A DNA stretch of 52,373 nucleotides. Source: Chiloscyllium plagiosum. Taxonomy: Eukaryota. The stretch lies in the NCBI RefSeq assembly GCF_004010195.1, contig NC_057754.1, positions 8,294,360 to 8,346,732 of the forward strand, given 5' to 3'. Numbering within the stretch: position 1 is the stretch's first letter; every line of letters begins with the position of its first letter. The notes below the pieces were generated by a model. It was not told the origin of the DNA, made no database searches, and was given only the letters and a program-made list of their open reading frames with translations. A program made the translations under genes and the position numbers. Shown here in pieces: positions 23,518 through 35,649 of the stretch.

Positions 23518-23773
23518 GGAGAAAATGAGGTCTGCAGATGCTGGAGATCAGAGCTGAAAATGTGTTGCTGGAAAAGCGCAGCAGGTCAGGCAGCATCCAG
23601 GGAACAGGAGAATCGACGTTTTGGGCATAAGCCCTTCTTCAGGAATGAGGAAAGTTTGTCCAGCAGGACAAACTTTCCTCATTCCTGAAGAAGGGCTTAT
23701 GCCCGAAACGTCGATTCTCCTGTTCCCTGGATGCTGCCTGACCTGCTGCGCTTTTCCAGCAACACATTTTCAG
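23518..23773. mobile_element. Fold-back PLE-derived element (family A) with a 15-bp TSD
   Basis: 109-bp arms 23553-23661 and 23666-23774 with one mismatch and a 4-nt loop; TSD cacaaaaagacatga at 23503-23517 and 23774-23788. Confidence 0.93.
23685..23712 (+). ncRNA. Minimal hammerhead ribozyme motif (family A)
   Basis: CUGAAGA A GGGC-UUAU-GCCC GAAAC GUC; stem I pairing is weak. Confidence 0.68.
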
Positions 23774-23934
23774 CACAAAAAGACATGACCCTCTCTCACT
23801 AGTACCCTTACGTACAGGTAAGGAAGGACACCACTTTGACTGGGACAACACATCCATCCTCAGACAAGCCAAACAGAGACACGCACGAGAATTCCTAGAA
23901 GGATGGCATTCCAACTGGAACTCTATCAACGAAC

Positions 23935-24180
23935 AAGCCTCGGGCGACTGTCTGTGTGGAGTTTGCACATTCTCCCCATGTCTGCGTGGGTTTCCTCCGG
24001 GTGCTCCAGTTTCCTCCCACAGTCCAAAAATGTGCAGGTTAGGTGAGTTGGCCATGCTAAATTGCCCGTAGTGTTCGGTGAAGGGGTAAATGTAGGGGAA
24101 TGGCTCTGGGTGGGTTGTACTTAGGAGGGTCGGTGTGGACTTGTTGGGCCGAAGGGCCTGTTTCCTCACTGTAAGTAACC
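23935..24180 (+). mobile_element. 5'-truncated HE1-like SINE
   Basis: Starts agcctcgggcgactgtctgtgtggagtttgcac; tail gggcctgtttcctcactgtaagtaa. Confidence 0.9.
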
Positions 24181-24529
24181 TACTCCTGAAGGGGCCTCAC
24201 CAATGTCCTGTATGAGATGAGGAGGAGCCCCCTCCCCCCCCCCTCTGAGGGGAGGGAATCAATGGCATTCTTTATCACAGAGGGCTGTCAAGACTGGGTC
24301 ATTAAGTATGTTCGAGGGATTATGGGGAAAAGCCAGGAAGATGAAATTGGAGATGATCAATTTGGAGACGGGTTTGTCTTTCTTGCCTCGAGGATCAATA
24401 TTCCCTGGAAGTAAATGCATCTTTGCAACTGTGCTGTCTGTGAAGTCCCAAAGCTTGGGCAAATGCAGTAAGGGGCATGGTTCAAATCTCACCACAGCGA
24501 TAGGTGGGATTTTAATTTCAATGAATAAC

Positions 24530-25047
24530 AGTATTGAGTACAGGAGTTGGGAGGTCATGTTGCGATTGGTTAGGCCACTGTTGGAATACTGCGTGCAACT
24601 CTGGTCTCCTTCCTATCGGGAAAATGTTGTGAAACTTGAAAGGGTTCAGGAAAGATTGACAAGGATGTTGCCAGGGTTGGGGGGTTTGAACTACAGGGAG
24701 AGGCTGAACAGGCTGGGGATGAGGGGTGACCTTATAGAGGTTTACAAAATCATGAGGGGCATGGATAGGGTAAATAGATGAGGTCTTTTCCCTGGGGTGG
24801 GGGAATTCAGAACTAGAGGACATAGGTTTAAGGTGAGAGGGGAAAGATATAAAAGAGACCTAAGGGGCAACTCTTTCACACACAGGGTGGTATGTGTATG
24901 GAATGAGCTGCCAGAGGAAGTGGTGAAGTGGAGGGATATGGGCCGGGTGCTGGCAGGTGGGACTAGATTGGGTTGGGATATCTGGTCGGCATGGACGGGT
25001 TGGACTGAAGGGTCTGTTTCCGTGCTGTACATCTCTATGACTCTATA
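24530..25047 (+). mobile_element. CR1/HER1-like LINE 3' fragment
   Basis: IEYRSWEVMLRLVRPLLEYCVQLWSPSYRENVVKLERVQERLTRMLPGLGGLNYRERLNRLG; tail (ctctatga)n. Confidence 0.95.
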
Positions 25048-25309
25048 AATCTACAATAGCAGGGTAGTCTCAGGGAAGGAGACCGTGACTTCAGTTGTCA
25101 TAAAAGCCAAAGCCATCTGATTCACTTGAAATAAAGGCAAAATATTGCAGGTGCTGGAGATCTGAAACAAACACAGAGAAAGCTGGAGAAACACAGCAGG
25201 TCTGGCAGCATCTGTGGAGAGAAAAACAGAGTTAACATCCTGAGTTCTTCAGTGTATTTCTGTCTCCAAGATGGCTGAGGAAGAGTTGTATTGGACAAGG
25301 GGTTCATGT

Positions 25310-25930
25310 AGATAATTCTTTGAAGTTTGGGTCTCAGGAAGACAAGGGGGTTAAGAAGGTGTTTCGCAAACCTGCCTTCAATGCTCAGACCTTTGAGTAT
25401 GGGGGTTGGGACATCATGTTGGGGCTGTACAGGACCATTGTTCCCTTCCAGAGTACTCCATCCAGATCGGGTCTCCCCGTTATAGGAAGGGTATTATTAA
25501 GCTGGAGAGGGTTCAGAAGAGATTTACCAGGATGTCGCGGGGAATAGAGGGCTTGAGTTATAAGGGGAGGCTGGGACTTTTTTCACTGGAGCGTAGGGTG
25601 ACCTTATAGAGGTTTATAAAATCATGAGGGGCACAGGTAAGGTGAAGGGCAGAAGTCTTTTCCCTAAGGTGAGAGAGTTTGAAACTAGGGGATATATTTT
25701 GAAGGTGAGAGGAGAAATGTTTACAAAAGAACATGAGGTTGGTGTGTGGAATGAACTTCCAGAGGAAGTGTGAATGCAGTTTTAACGTTTAAACGATATT
25801 TGGATAAGTACACGAATAGGACATATTTGGAGGGATACGGGCCAGGCGCAGGAAGGGGGGACAAGTTTAGTTTGGGATTATGGTCAGCATGGACTGGTTG
25901 GGCCGAAGGGTCTGTTTCCATGACTGTATA
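25310..25930 (+). mobile_element. CR1-like LINE 3' fragment
   Basis: SPRYRKGIIKLERVQKRFTRM motif; tail gggccgaagggtctgtttccatg. Confidence 0.9.
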
Positions 25931-26669
25931 ACTCCCCCAGAGTGCGGTGAGTGCCGGGACACTGAGTTAATTTAAGGACAGATTTTTAATCAGTACCGGG
26001 ACTGTGGCAGCAAGGTGGGGTCGAGGCCATAATGAGGTCGGCCATTGCATAGTGGAGCAGGCTTGGGGGCCGAATGGCCTTCTCCTGCTTCTTGCACTAC
26101 ATCTGGTCCACTGGTGTCCTTGAGGGAAGGAAATCCGCTGCCCTGACCCGATCCGGCCTAGACGTGACCCGCTCGCCCTTTTCGAAAACGGCCTTGTCAG
26201 CGATGCCCAAATCCCACTAACAATTCGACAAGAAAAGCTCTTTTCCAGCGATCAGAATCTCTCACGGCCAGTCCTGCAGTCTGATTGCCGCTGAGTCGTT
26301 TATTGACTCTGTGGCGTTTGCGCGTGTTTATTTATTCAGACGTCTGTATTTTTAACTTCAGATCCAAGAAGCCCAGCACTTTGTGTTCACGGCTGTCTGT
26401 GAATTTTTTAACAAAAACAGCACGACATGATTTATGGTGCGTCTGCCTGAGCTGCAGTCAGCTGCAGCTGAACGTGGAAGGAGACAGAATTGTCTCCTGT
26501 CTCGTTTGCTACTTCCTTAACGGTGCTGTCAGCCCTGAAGTGACTCCTTCGTGGATCCTCACAGCACAGAAGGAGGCTCTTCAGCCCATCCTGTTTGTAC
26601 TGGCTCTTCTAAGTGATGTCTCCCATCTGGTCTACCCTCCATTTCTCCTGCTTGAGCTCCAGCCTGCGG

Positions 26670-27265
26670 CCTAGTGGCATTGGCTCGATCGGTTAATCTA
26701 GAGACCGCAGGTTAATGTTCTGCGGACCTGTGTTCACATCTCACAGTGGTAAGTGCTGGAATTTGAATTCAACACAAATCTAGAATTAAGCGACCAATTG
26801 CCAGTGGGGTAAAGACCAACTTACGTCCTTCACTGAAGGAAATCCGCTATCTTGAGTTGGTCGGGCCTACATTCAACTTCAGAACCATTCTGAAAGAGAA
26901 TCCCAAGACATTGACTCTACTTCCTTTCTCTACGGATGCTGCCAGGCCTTGGGAAAAGTGATGGCCCAGTGGCATTATTGCTGGACTGTCAATCCAAAGA
27001 CCTGGGTAATGCTCTGGAGACCCAGGTTCAAAGCCTGCCATAGATTCCAGTAAAGAATCTGGGATTAAGAGTCTAATGATGATTGTGAGGCCATTGTTGA
27101 TTGTCGGGAAAACCCATCTGGTTCACTCATGTCCTTTAGGGAAGGAAACCTTACCTGGTCAGGCCTACTTGTGGTTGACTCTTAACTGCCCTCTGGGTAG
27201 TTAGGGACGGACAATGAACGCTTGCCTGGTCGGTGATGCCCCCATCTTGTGAATGAATTTTTTTA
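26670..27265 (+). mobile_element. Two copies of a second tRNA-derived SINE family (26670-26885 partial; 26960-27265)
   Basis: ggcccagtggcattattgctggactgtcaatccaaagacc...ggttcaaa head; aaacccatctggttcact...gaaggaaa body. Related copies at ~28920-29110 (-) and 47205-47490 (+). Confidence 0.7.
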
Positions 27266-27659
27266 AAGTGCCAGGTTTCCCTGGCAATGTCCATTTGTGT
27301 TTAAAACTTTGGGAACATCCGGGTTCAAATCCCAGCTGGGGGATTTTAAATTTGATTCATAAATTTCTACATGGAGCACCCAGCGAGCTGGGGTCAGATT
27401 GCTGATGGGTATTGGTGTGCGGCACGCGTTATAGAGAGTGTGGACGGCAGGAACCAGCAAAGGCTCAGGTTGGCCAGGAGGGCAGTGGAGTAGTCAAGGG
27501 GATAAACGCACCTTACGAGGTCACCAGGTGAGCTGCACCAGACAGAGGGCATGAAATGAAAGCGGGTGCTCCGAGGGTGAGAGTGGGTGCCGCAGGGGTG
27601 ATGGGGGGTGCTGTGGATGTGAGTGCAGGCACCCTTGGTGATAGACAGGATACAGGGGA

Positions 27660-28458
27660 ACAATAAAAAGATTTCTTTATTTGTTCACGGTCAGAAGTCA
27701 CATGACACCAGGTTATAGTCAACTGGTGAAATCAGAAGCTTTTGGAGTGCCGTCCCACATCAGAAAAGTGCACAGGCACAGAATTTATCGGCAGAAGGAT
27801 CAATGATCAAAAGAGCGTACAAATGGTATGAGTGGAGTGTCGAATAATTAGTGATCGAAAGTGCCAGACAGTGTGAGTAAAGTGTCAACGGCTGAATAGT
27901 AAGTGAAGTGGATGGGTTATTATCCGATTAATTAAGGCACAGAGGTAATTACAAAGAAATGGAACATGAGGTGGTGGTTCTGGAGACAAACCGAAAGGCT
28001 GGAATAACGTGCTAGGAGTAAGAGTCGCATGCTGAGGACCTAACCAAAGTAACAAGTAATCCAAAACTGTGCAAACCAGTTAGGGTAGAGAGATGATGAC
28101 AAGTTATCAAGGTAACGGTGTTAAAGCAGGTCAGTTGGGAAGATTTTACAAATGCAGAACAGTACGGTGGGGTTACATGCAGCACAACGTGAACCCAAGG
28201 TCATGGTTGAGACCGTCTTCATGGGTACGGAATTTGGCGATCAGTTTCTGCTCGGCGATTCTGCATTGTTGTGCATCTGGAAGGCCGCCTTGGAGGGCGC
28301 TGACCCGAAGGTCAGGGGCTGAATGTCGTTGACTGCTGAAGTGTTCCCCGACTCAGGGAGGGAACGCTCCTGTCTGGCGACTATTGGGCTGTGTCCATTC
28401 GTACGTCTGCTCGGTCTCACCAATATACCATGCCTAAGGGCATCCTTGCCTGCAGCGT
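27660..28458 (-). mobile_element. Penelope-like element 3' fragment (third family): GIY-YIG remnant plus 3' UTR
   Basis: Minus strand, with frameshifts: RCRQGCP*AWYIGETEQT..GEHFSSQRHSAPDLRVSALQGGLPDAQQCRIAEQKLIAKFRTHEDGLNHDLGF. Confidence 0.8.
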
Positions 28459-28462
28459 GTGA

Positions 28463-28556
28463 GTCAGAAAGTGTGTGGCGCTGGAAAAGCACAGCCGGTC
28501 AGGCGGCATCCGAGGAGCAGGAGAGTCGATGTTTCAGTCTCAAGCCCTTCCTCAGC
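28463..28556 (-). mobile_element. Degraded PLE family A arm
   Basis: gctggaaaagcacagccggtcaggcggcatccgaggagcaggagagtcgatgtttcagtctcaagcccttcctcag; the hammerhead core is decayed. Confidence 0.7.
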
Positions 28557-30369
28557 GTCTGAGGTCGATAACATTGGCTGAGTCACCCAGGTATCTGCCG
28601 TGTTTCCACATGTCGATGGTCTGACATGTCTTGCAGAGGTTTGTTCACAGGGTGTGGGCATTGCTGGCTATGACCATTATTTATGACACATCCCTAATTG
28701 CCCAGAGGGGGTTAAGAGTCAATCACAATAGACAATAGGTACAGGAGTAGGCCATTCTGCCCTTCAATATGATCATGGCTGAATCAGTATCCTGTTCCTG
28801 CCTTATCTCCATAACCCTTGATTCCACAATCCTTGAGAGCTCTATCCATATCTTTCTTAAGTGAATCCAGAGACTGGGCCTCCACTGCCCTCAGGGGCAG
28901 AGCATTCCACACATTGGCTGTGGGTCAGTTTCCTTCCCTCAAGAGCATGAGTGAACCATGTAGGCCTTTCCTCACAATGGATTCATGGTCGTCATCAGCC
29001 TCTTAATTCCAGATTTTTTGTCAAATAGAATTCACGTTCCACCATCTGCCGTGGTGGGATTTGAACCCAGATTCCCCGGGACGTTAGCTGGGTCTCTGGA
29101 TCAACAGTCCAATGTTAGACCATCGCCTCCCCTTGAACTGTGGAGTGGCAGAGGCGTGAGTGAGGGAGACGTTGAATTGTAACCGTCCGTGACTCTTCGG
29201 ACTTTAGCCCATTCGGCCGTTCCCACCGGGAGAGGTGTGGGGGGCCCCGGAACAGATCCACGGCCGGTCACCCTCACGGAAGACGCAAGCATCGACAAAC
29301 CTCCTGATTGACTCAGACACGGGCGTGTCAGGGCTGATTCACAGCGAGCAGATTTGCTCTGAAAGCTGCTGAGTAATTGTCTCGCCGTTTCTTCGGAGCC
29401 CTCTCGCTAAAGACATTACGATGATGAATGTCGCATTGTTTTGTGGCAGAGTTTTCAGGCTGCAGCCAATATAAAATTCATGAAATTCTCAAATTAATCT
29501 GCCCGGGCCTCAGTCCTGCCATGTATCATGAGTTTAACGGTTAAACTAAAATTATTGAACGCTAACTGATAGGGCATAAAACAATATGATCCTGACAGAG
29601 GAGAAATTTAAAGCTCATTTATAAAGGTTTCCAAAGATTTCTGAGGAACAAGAATTGCCAGAATATTTTCTTCAAATAATTCAATTCCAAACCAGAAATC
29701 ATGAAAAAAAAATCCTTTAGTTGTTTAATTGCACACATAATGATTCAGTTTTTATTTTGCAATGCCTGTCAAGTGTATCTGTCTATGTATCCTGTTTACA
29801 CTGATAATTCAACATGTTCTGGAGCTACTTACACAGAGGTAGGAACTTAATCTAAAGCAGCTATCCTGCTGAGTGCAAGAAATACTGAGAATGCTGGGGG
29901 AAAGCAGCAGATCTGGCAGTGTCTGTGGAGTTAACATTTCAAGTCCGGTGCGACTCTTATGCTGTTTGCATCGGCCAAGAATTGGTGGCGACTAAAGTGG
30001 TGTTCGACAACGTGAGTGCATTTGAACACAGTTCAGAAAAGGTTCACTCAGCCGATCATGGTCCTAAGGGACAGTTAGCTGACCAAGACAGACTGGGATT
30101 GAATCTATCAACGTTTGGAAAAGTGAGAGGCAATTTCATCGAAACACATGAGATCATAGAAACACAGGAGGAAGTCAACTTCATTGAAGCATCTAAGATC
30201 ACAGGCACATGGGAGTAGGCTATTTAGTCCTTTGAGCTTGTTGCATCGATCATTACGATCATGAGAGACCCAGCTCAGATCGACTCTGAGCAGATCCAGG
30301 CAGCACACCTTCGGAAGGGTATATTGGGTTTGGATTGGAGTTAGGGTGAGGCCCTGTAGGGAGTACAAT

Positions 30370-31130
30370 ATACGTTTACAAGAATGACACCCGGACTTCA
30401 GAGGTCAGGTTATGAGGAGAAATTATACAAATTGAGGCTGTTTTCCCTAGAATTCAGAAGTTTAAGTTATGATCTGCCTGAACTCTTCAAGATATTAACA
30501 GCAGGTAGATGAAGGTTAGCGTTTTCCGCTGACTGGGGATTCGAGAGCTCAGGGGCATAGTCTGAAAATTCGGGCCAGACCATTTGGGAGAGGTGTTTGC
30601 AAGCATCAGGAGTGGGAGAGGTTTGAAACTCCCTTCCACAAATAACAATGGACGCTAGATCAATCGTTAATGTTAAGTTCTTGGTCGATCTGTTTTTGCT
30701 AAGCAGCGGTATCAAGGGAAATGGGCCCCATGTGGAGTTCCACCATGATCCCATTGAACGGGTGGAACAGGTTCGAGGGGCTGAATGGCCTACTCCTGTT
30801 CCTATGTACTCTATTCCCATTTTCTCCTGATATCCTTTCAATGTATCCTCCTAGCCCACCTCTCCCAGAACGTCCAAAACGTCTTGGGCAGTACAATTCC
30901 ACACGCCCCAGATATATCCACATCCTTCTTGAAGACATTCAATGTTTTGCCCTCAACTGCTTTCTGCGATAGAGAATCCCACAGGCTCCCCCCGACTCTG
31001 GGTGAAGACATTTCTCCCCATTCCAGTCCTGAATGCCCCATCCCATAATCCTTCGACTGTGACCCCCTGGGTCTGGACTCTCTGGGTCATCGGGAAACAT
31101 CCTTCCTGCATCAGTCCTGTCTAATCCTGG
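30370..31130. mobile_element. Tail-to-tail CR1-like fragments (plus ~30370-30810, minus ~30820-31130)
   Basis: Tail gggctgaatggcctactcctgttcctatg (plus); ctcaactgctttctgcgatagagaatcccacagg (minus). Confidence 0.75.
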
Positions 31131-31249
31131 AACCATTAACAGATCAGTCTCGATCTTGGCGAATGTGGACGGGTTGGACCGAAGGGTCTGTACATCTCTA
31201 TGACTCTATGACTATGACCAAGCAGGCTTGAGGAGCCAAATGGCCTTTT

Positions 31250-32010
31250 TTTATTCACTCGTGGGGTGTGGACATCACTGACTGGGCCCAGCATTTATTG
31301 CCCATCTCTTGTTGCGACTTGAGAAGGTGCTGATGAACTGCCTTCTTATACGGTTACAGTCCAAGCACTGTTGGTTGACCCGCAGTGCCCTGAGGGAGGG
31401 AATTCTGGGATTTGACCCAGCGACTTTGAAGGAGTGGTGATATATTTCCGAGGAGGGATGGCGAGTGGCTTGGAGGGGAACTTGCAGGGGATGGTGTTCC
31501 CATGTATCTGCTGCCCTTGTCCTTCTAGATGGAAGTGGTCGTGGGTTTGGAAGGTGCTGCCTGAGGATCTTTGGCGAATCTTAGCTGCCTATCTTGTAGA
31601 TGGTACGCACTGCTGCTACTGAGTGTCGGTGGTGGATGGAGTGGGTGCTTGTGGATGTGATGCCAGTCAAGCAGAGGCTGCTTTCCCCTGGATGGTGTCG
31701 AGCTTCTACAGTGTTGTTGGAGCTGCCCCCATCCAGAGGCAAGTGGGGAGTGTTCCCTCACCCTCCTGACTTGTGTCTTTTCAGGTCTTTAGGAGGTCAG
31801 GGGGTGTGTTACTCGCCACAGTGTTCCCAGACTCTCACTTGCCCTTGTAGCCACTGTGTTTTTATGGCAAGTCCAGTTGACCTCCTGGTCAATGGTAGCC
31901 CGAAGGATATTGATAGTGTGAATGAAGGTAACACCATTGAATGTCAAGGGGCGGTGATTAGATTGTCTCGTATTGGAAGTGGTCATCGCCTGACATTTGT
32001 GTGGCGTGCC
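31250..32010 (-). mobile_element. Old LINE (L2/CR1-clade-like) 3' fragment
   Basis: Minus frame PLTFNGVT..TINILRATIDQEVNWTCHKNTVATRA is RT C-terminal-like; the 3' end is shared with the second SINE family tail. Confidence 0.7.
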
Positions 32011-32688
32011 TAATCCATCCCTAATTCTGTCCCTAATCCGTATGTTTAGATGCATCATCCCCCACACACTTGTTATAAATCAGACAGTATGAGGGGGTAG
32101 CAAGTTCTCTTGAATCCCAGAGCCTTGTATTGAGATCTGAGGAAGGAAATCTGCCATCCTCAACTGGTCTGGCCTACATGTGACTCCAGACCCACAGCAA
32201 CATGGTTGATTCTCAACTTCACTTCATTGTTGGCCGTGGTATGGGTTTATATCTATCGCAGAAGGGCAAGGAAGGGCCTCAGTACATCAGATGTTCGTAC
32301 CGAGGCTGCCAGGAGCTGTTGGTAGTCCTGAAGTTATAAAAGGCGCTTATAAAGATAGGAGGTGCCTCTTCTCTGAATGTCGACACATTATGTCAAAAAC
32401 TTTCATCTTGTAATCGTCAGGAACATTTGCAAAAATATGAATTCAAAGGGCGGTGGATTTCCTTGAAGCTTTTAATCTTCCACTCATCAGAACAATTTGT
32501 AAAAAAATCAAAGTGAGGCAAAAGCACAAGTTTTTGAAGCTTCACTCTGCACTCAGCTTCTCTTTTTCTTCGAAATGGTGGGATTGCCTGTTGGCACAGA
32601 TTCTTGCTGATGTTTTATTGACACGTCCTCCATGTCCTGCTGCTCCCTAATGTAGTTGACACTCAATGAACAGGCAGATTCCAGTATG

Positions 32689-32689
<1 letters not shown>

Positions 32690-32726
<37 letters not shown>

Positions 32727-33362
32727 NNNNNNNNNNNNNNNNNNNNNNNNNNNNNNNNNNNNNNNNNNNNNNNNNNNNNNNNNNNNNNNNNNNNNNNNNN
32801 NNNNNNNNNNNNNNNNNNNNNNNNNNNNNNNNNNNNNNNNNNNNNNNNNNNNNNNNNNNNNNNNNNNNNNNNNNNNNNNNNNNNNNNNNNNNNNNNNNNN
32901 NNNNNNNNNNNNNNNNNNNNNNNNNNNNNNNNNNNNNNNNNNNNNNNNNNNNNNNNNNNNNNNNNNNNNNNNNNNNNNNNNNNNNNNNNNNNNNNNNNNN
33001 NNNNNNNNNNNNNNNNNNNNNNNNNNNNNNNNNNNNNNNNNNNNNNNNNNNNNNNNNNNNNNNNNNNNNNNNNNNNNNNNNNNNNNNNNNNNNNNNNNNN
33101 NNNNNNNNNNNNNNNNNNNNNNNNNNNNNNNNNNNNNNNNNNNNNNNNNNNNNNNNNNNNNNNNNNNCGTAGCCATGTCGTGCTGTGAGGATGTATGTGA
33201 GTGTGTGTGAGAGAGAGAGTGAGGGAGTGTGTGTGTGAGGGAGAGTGAGGAAATGTGTGTGAGGGTGTGTGTGTGACAGAGAGTGAGTGAGGAAGTGTGT
33301 GTGTGTGAGGGAGAGTGAGTGAGGAAGTGTGTGTGTGTGTGTGCGCGGACAAGCGTGTGTGT
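32690..33362. repeat. (TG)n/(GA)n microsatellite spanning an N gap (32727-33167)
   Basis: Direct inspection. Confidence 0.95.
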
Positions 33363-33619
33363 GACCACAAGCGTGGTCATGACCCAAATTCCAACTCTGC
33401 TTCCTGCACGGGGGTTCGACAGTGAACGTTACTCAGTGGACAGGCACTAACACAGGTGCAAGTGAACCAGGCTTGAAGTTTTCACTTCCCCAAAGCACTC
33501 CCCTGTGAGTGATTGAGTGAAATGGAATTAATTGAGCTGCTCCCTCTCTCTCTCTCTCTCTCTGTAACTAGCACACCTTTGTCCAGACTACAACAACAGA
33601 GAGAGGAGGCGCAGAGAGA

Positions 33620-34020
33620 GAAACACAGAAAACAGGGTGCAGGAGTAGGCCCTTCGGCCCTTCGAGCCTGTACCACCATTCAGTAGGATCACAGCTGATC
33701 ATGCATGTTCCGTACCCCACTCCTGCTTCCTCTCCATAACCCTTGATCCCTTGAGGCACAAGGGCTCCCTCTTGAATGTATGGAACAAACTGGCCCCTGT
33801 CGCAGAGAATTCCACAGGTTCACGACACTCTGAATGAATAAATTGTTCCTCACCTCAGTCCTGAATGGCTTACCTCTAATGAGACTGTGACCCCCTGGTT
33901 CTAAACTTTCCCAGCATTGGAAACATTCTTCCCACAGGGAGCCTGTCCAGTCCCATCAGGATTTTATATATTTTGGTGAAATCCCCCCTCATTCTCCCAG
34001 ATTCCGGAGAGTACAAGCCA
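33620..34020 (-). mobile_element. CR1-like LINE 3' fragment
   Basis: caggagtaggcccttcggcccttcgagcctg...ccataacccttgatcccttg...agagaattccacaggttcac. Confidence 0.8.
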
Positions 34021-34107
34021 AGAAAACTGATTAAAATCAATGTTCCATCCGCTGGGTGGGATCTCTGTCACGCATATTAAATTCTCCATACTGTACTCTT
34101 TAGTCCC

Positions 34108-35392
34108 ACAGTAGCTCAGTGGTTAGCACTGCAGCCTCATAGCACCAGGGTCCCAGCTTCAATTCCAGCCTCAAGCGACTGTCCGTGTGGAGTTTGCAAG
34201 TTCTCCCCGTGCCTGCATGGGGTTGCTCTGGTTTCCTCCCACAGTCCAAAGATGTGCAGGTTAGGGTGAATGGGCCGTGCTAAATTGTCCCATAGTGCCC
34301 AGGGACGTGCAGGTTAGGGTGGATTGGCCATGCTAACTTGTCCCATAGTGTCCAGGGATGTGCAGGTTAGGGTGGATTGGCCGTGCTAAATTGCCCGATA
34401 GTGCCCAGGGATGTGCAGGTTAGGGTGGATTGGCCGTGCTAAATTGTCTCATAGTGCCCAGGAGTGTGCAGGTCAGGGTGGATTGGCCATGCTAAATTGT
34501 CCCAAAGTGCCCAGGGTTGTGCAGGTTAGGGTGGATTGGCCGTGCTAAATTGCCCATAGTGCCCAAGAATGTGGAGATTAAGGTGGATTGGCCGTGCTAA
34601 ATTGCCTCATTGTGTCCAGGGATGTGCAGGTTAGGATGGATTGGCCGTGCTAAATTACCCCATAGTGCCCAGGGATGTGCAGGTTAGGGTGGATTGGCCA
34701 TGCTAAATGTCCCATAGTGCCCAGGGGTGTGCAGGTTAGGGTGGATTGGCCGTGCTAAATTGTCCCAGTTTGCCCAGGGATGTGCAGGTTAGGGTGGATT
34801 GGCCGTGCTAAATTGTCCCATGATGCCCAAGGATGTGCAGATTAAGGTGGATTGGCCGTGCTAATTTGTCCCATAGTGCCCAGGGATGTGCAGGTTAGGG
34901 TGGATTGGCCATGCTAAATTGTCCCATAGTGCCCAGGGATGTGCAGGTTAGGGTGGATTGGCCATGCTAAATTGTCCCATAGTGTCCAGGGATGTGCAGG
35001 TTAGGGTGGATTCATTGTGCTAAATTGTCCCATAGTGTCCAGGGATGTGCAGGTTAGGGTGGATTGGCCGTGCTAAATTGTTCCATAGTGCCCAGGGATG
35101 TGCAGGTTAGGGTGGATTGGCTGTGATAAAGTGTCCCATAGTGCCCACGGATGTGCAGGTTCGGGTGGATTGGCCGTGCTAAATTGTCACGTAGTGCCTA
35201 GGGATGTGCAGGTTTGGGTGGATTGTCCATGGGATATTGCCCATAGTGTTCAGGGATGTTTAGGTGAGGTGGATTAGCCAGGGGAACTGTAGAGTAATGG
35301 GGTAAGGGAATGGATCTGGGTGGGTTACTCTTTGGATAGTCGGTGTGGACTTGTTGGGCTGAATGGTCTGTTTCTACACTGTCAGAATTCTG
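34108..35392 (+). mobile_element. Complete HE1-like SINE inflated by about 19 internal 53-bp units
   Basis: Head gtagctcagtggttagcactgcagcctc, V-domain, array ~34250-35280, tail gtcggtgtggacttgttgggctgaatggtctgtttctacactgt. Confidence 0.93.
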
Positions 35393-35649
35393 TGAAGCCT
35401 TCAGCTAATTGGAAATTTGGAAGTGGCCTGGTGCATTTTTCAGTTCCCAAATCGAAATGAGATGTGTGGTGAGGGCCACGATTGCTGTATTTGCGATGCA
35501 ATCATTGTACTCTCTTGGGGGGAGCTTAAAAACAGTCAAGCAGATTAATTAATTGACGTCCTCTGGAAACAACACCATAGCAAAAATCAGAAACGTTGTG
35601 AGAAATTCATCAAATATGACTAGAATGTCATTCTGGAGCCGAACAATGC

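Larger units (their letters stand above)
23078..23932. mobile_element. Penelope-like element (family B) with GIY-YIG endonuclease fragment and an inverted 3' copy
   Basis: Plus from 23403: TNVIYKIPCKDCNKHYIGQT, frameshift, RKLATRIHEHQLATKRHD; after the insert, PLSLV..KEGHHFDWDNTSILRQAKQRHAREFLEGWHSNWNSIN. 23078-23388 is the inverted 3' end, with a hammerhead-like CUGAUGA..GAAACAUC at ~23155-23194 (-). Confidence 0.9.
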
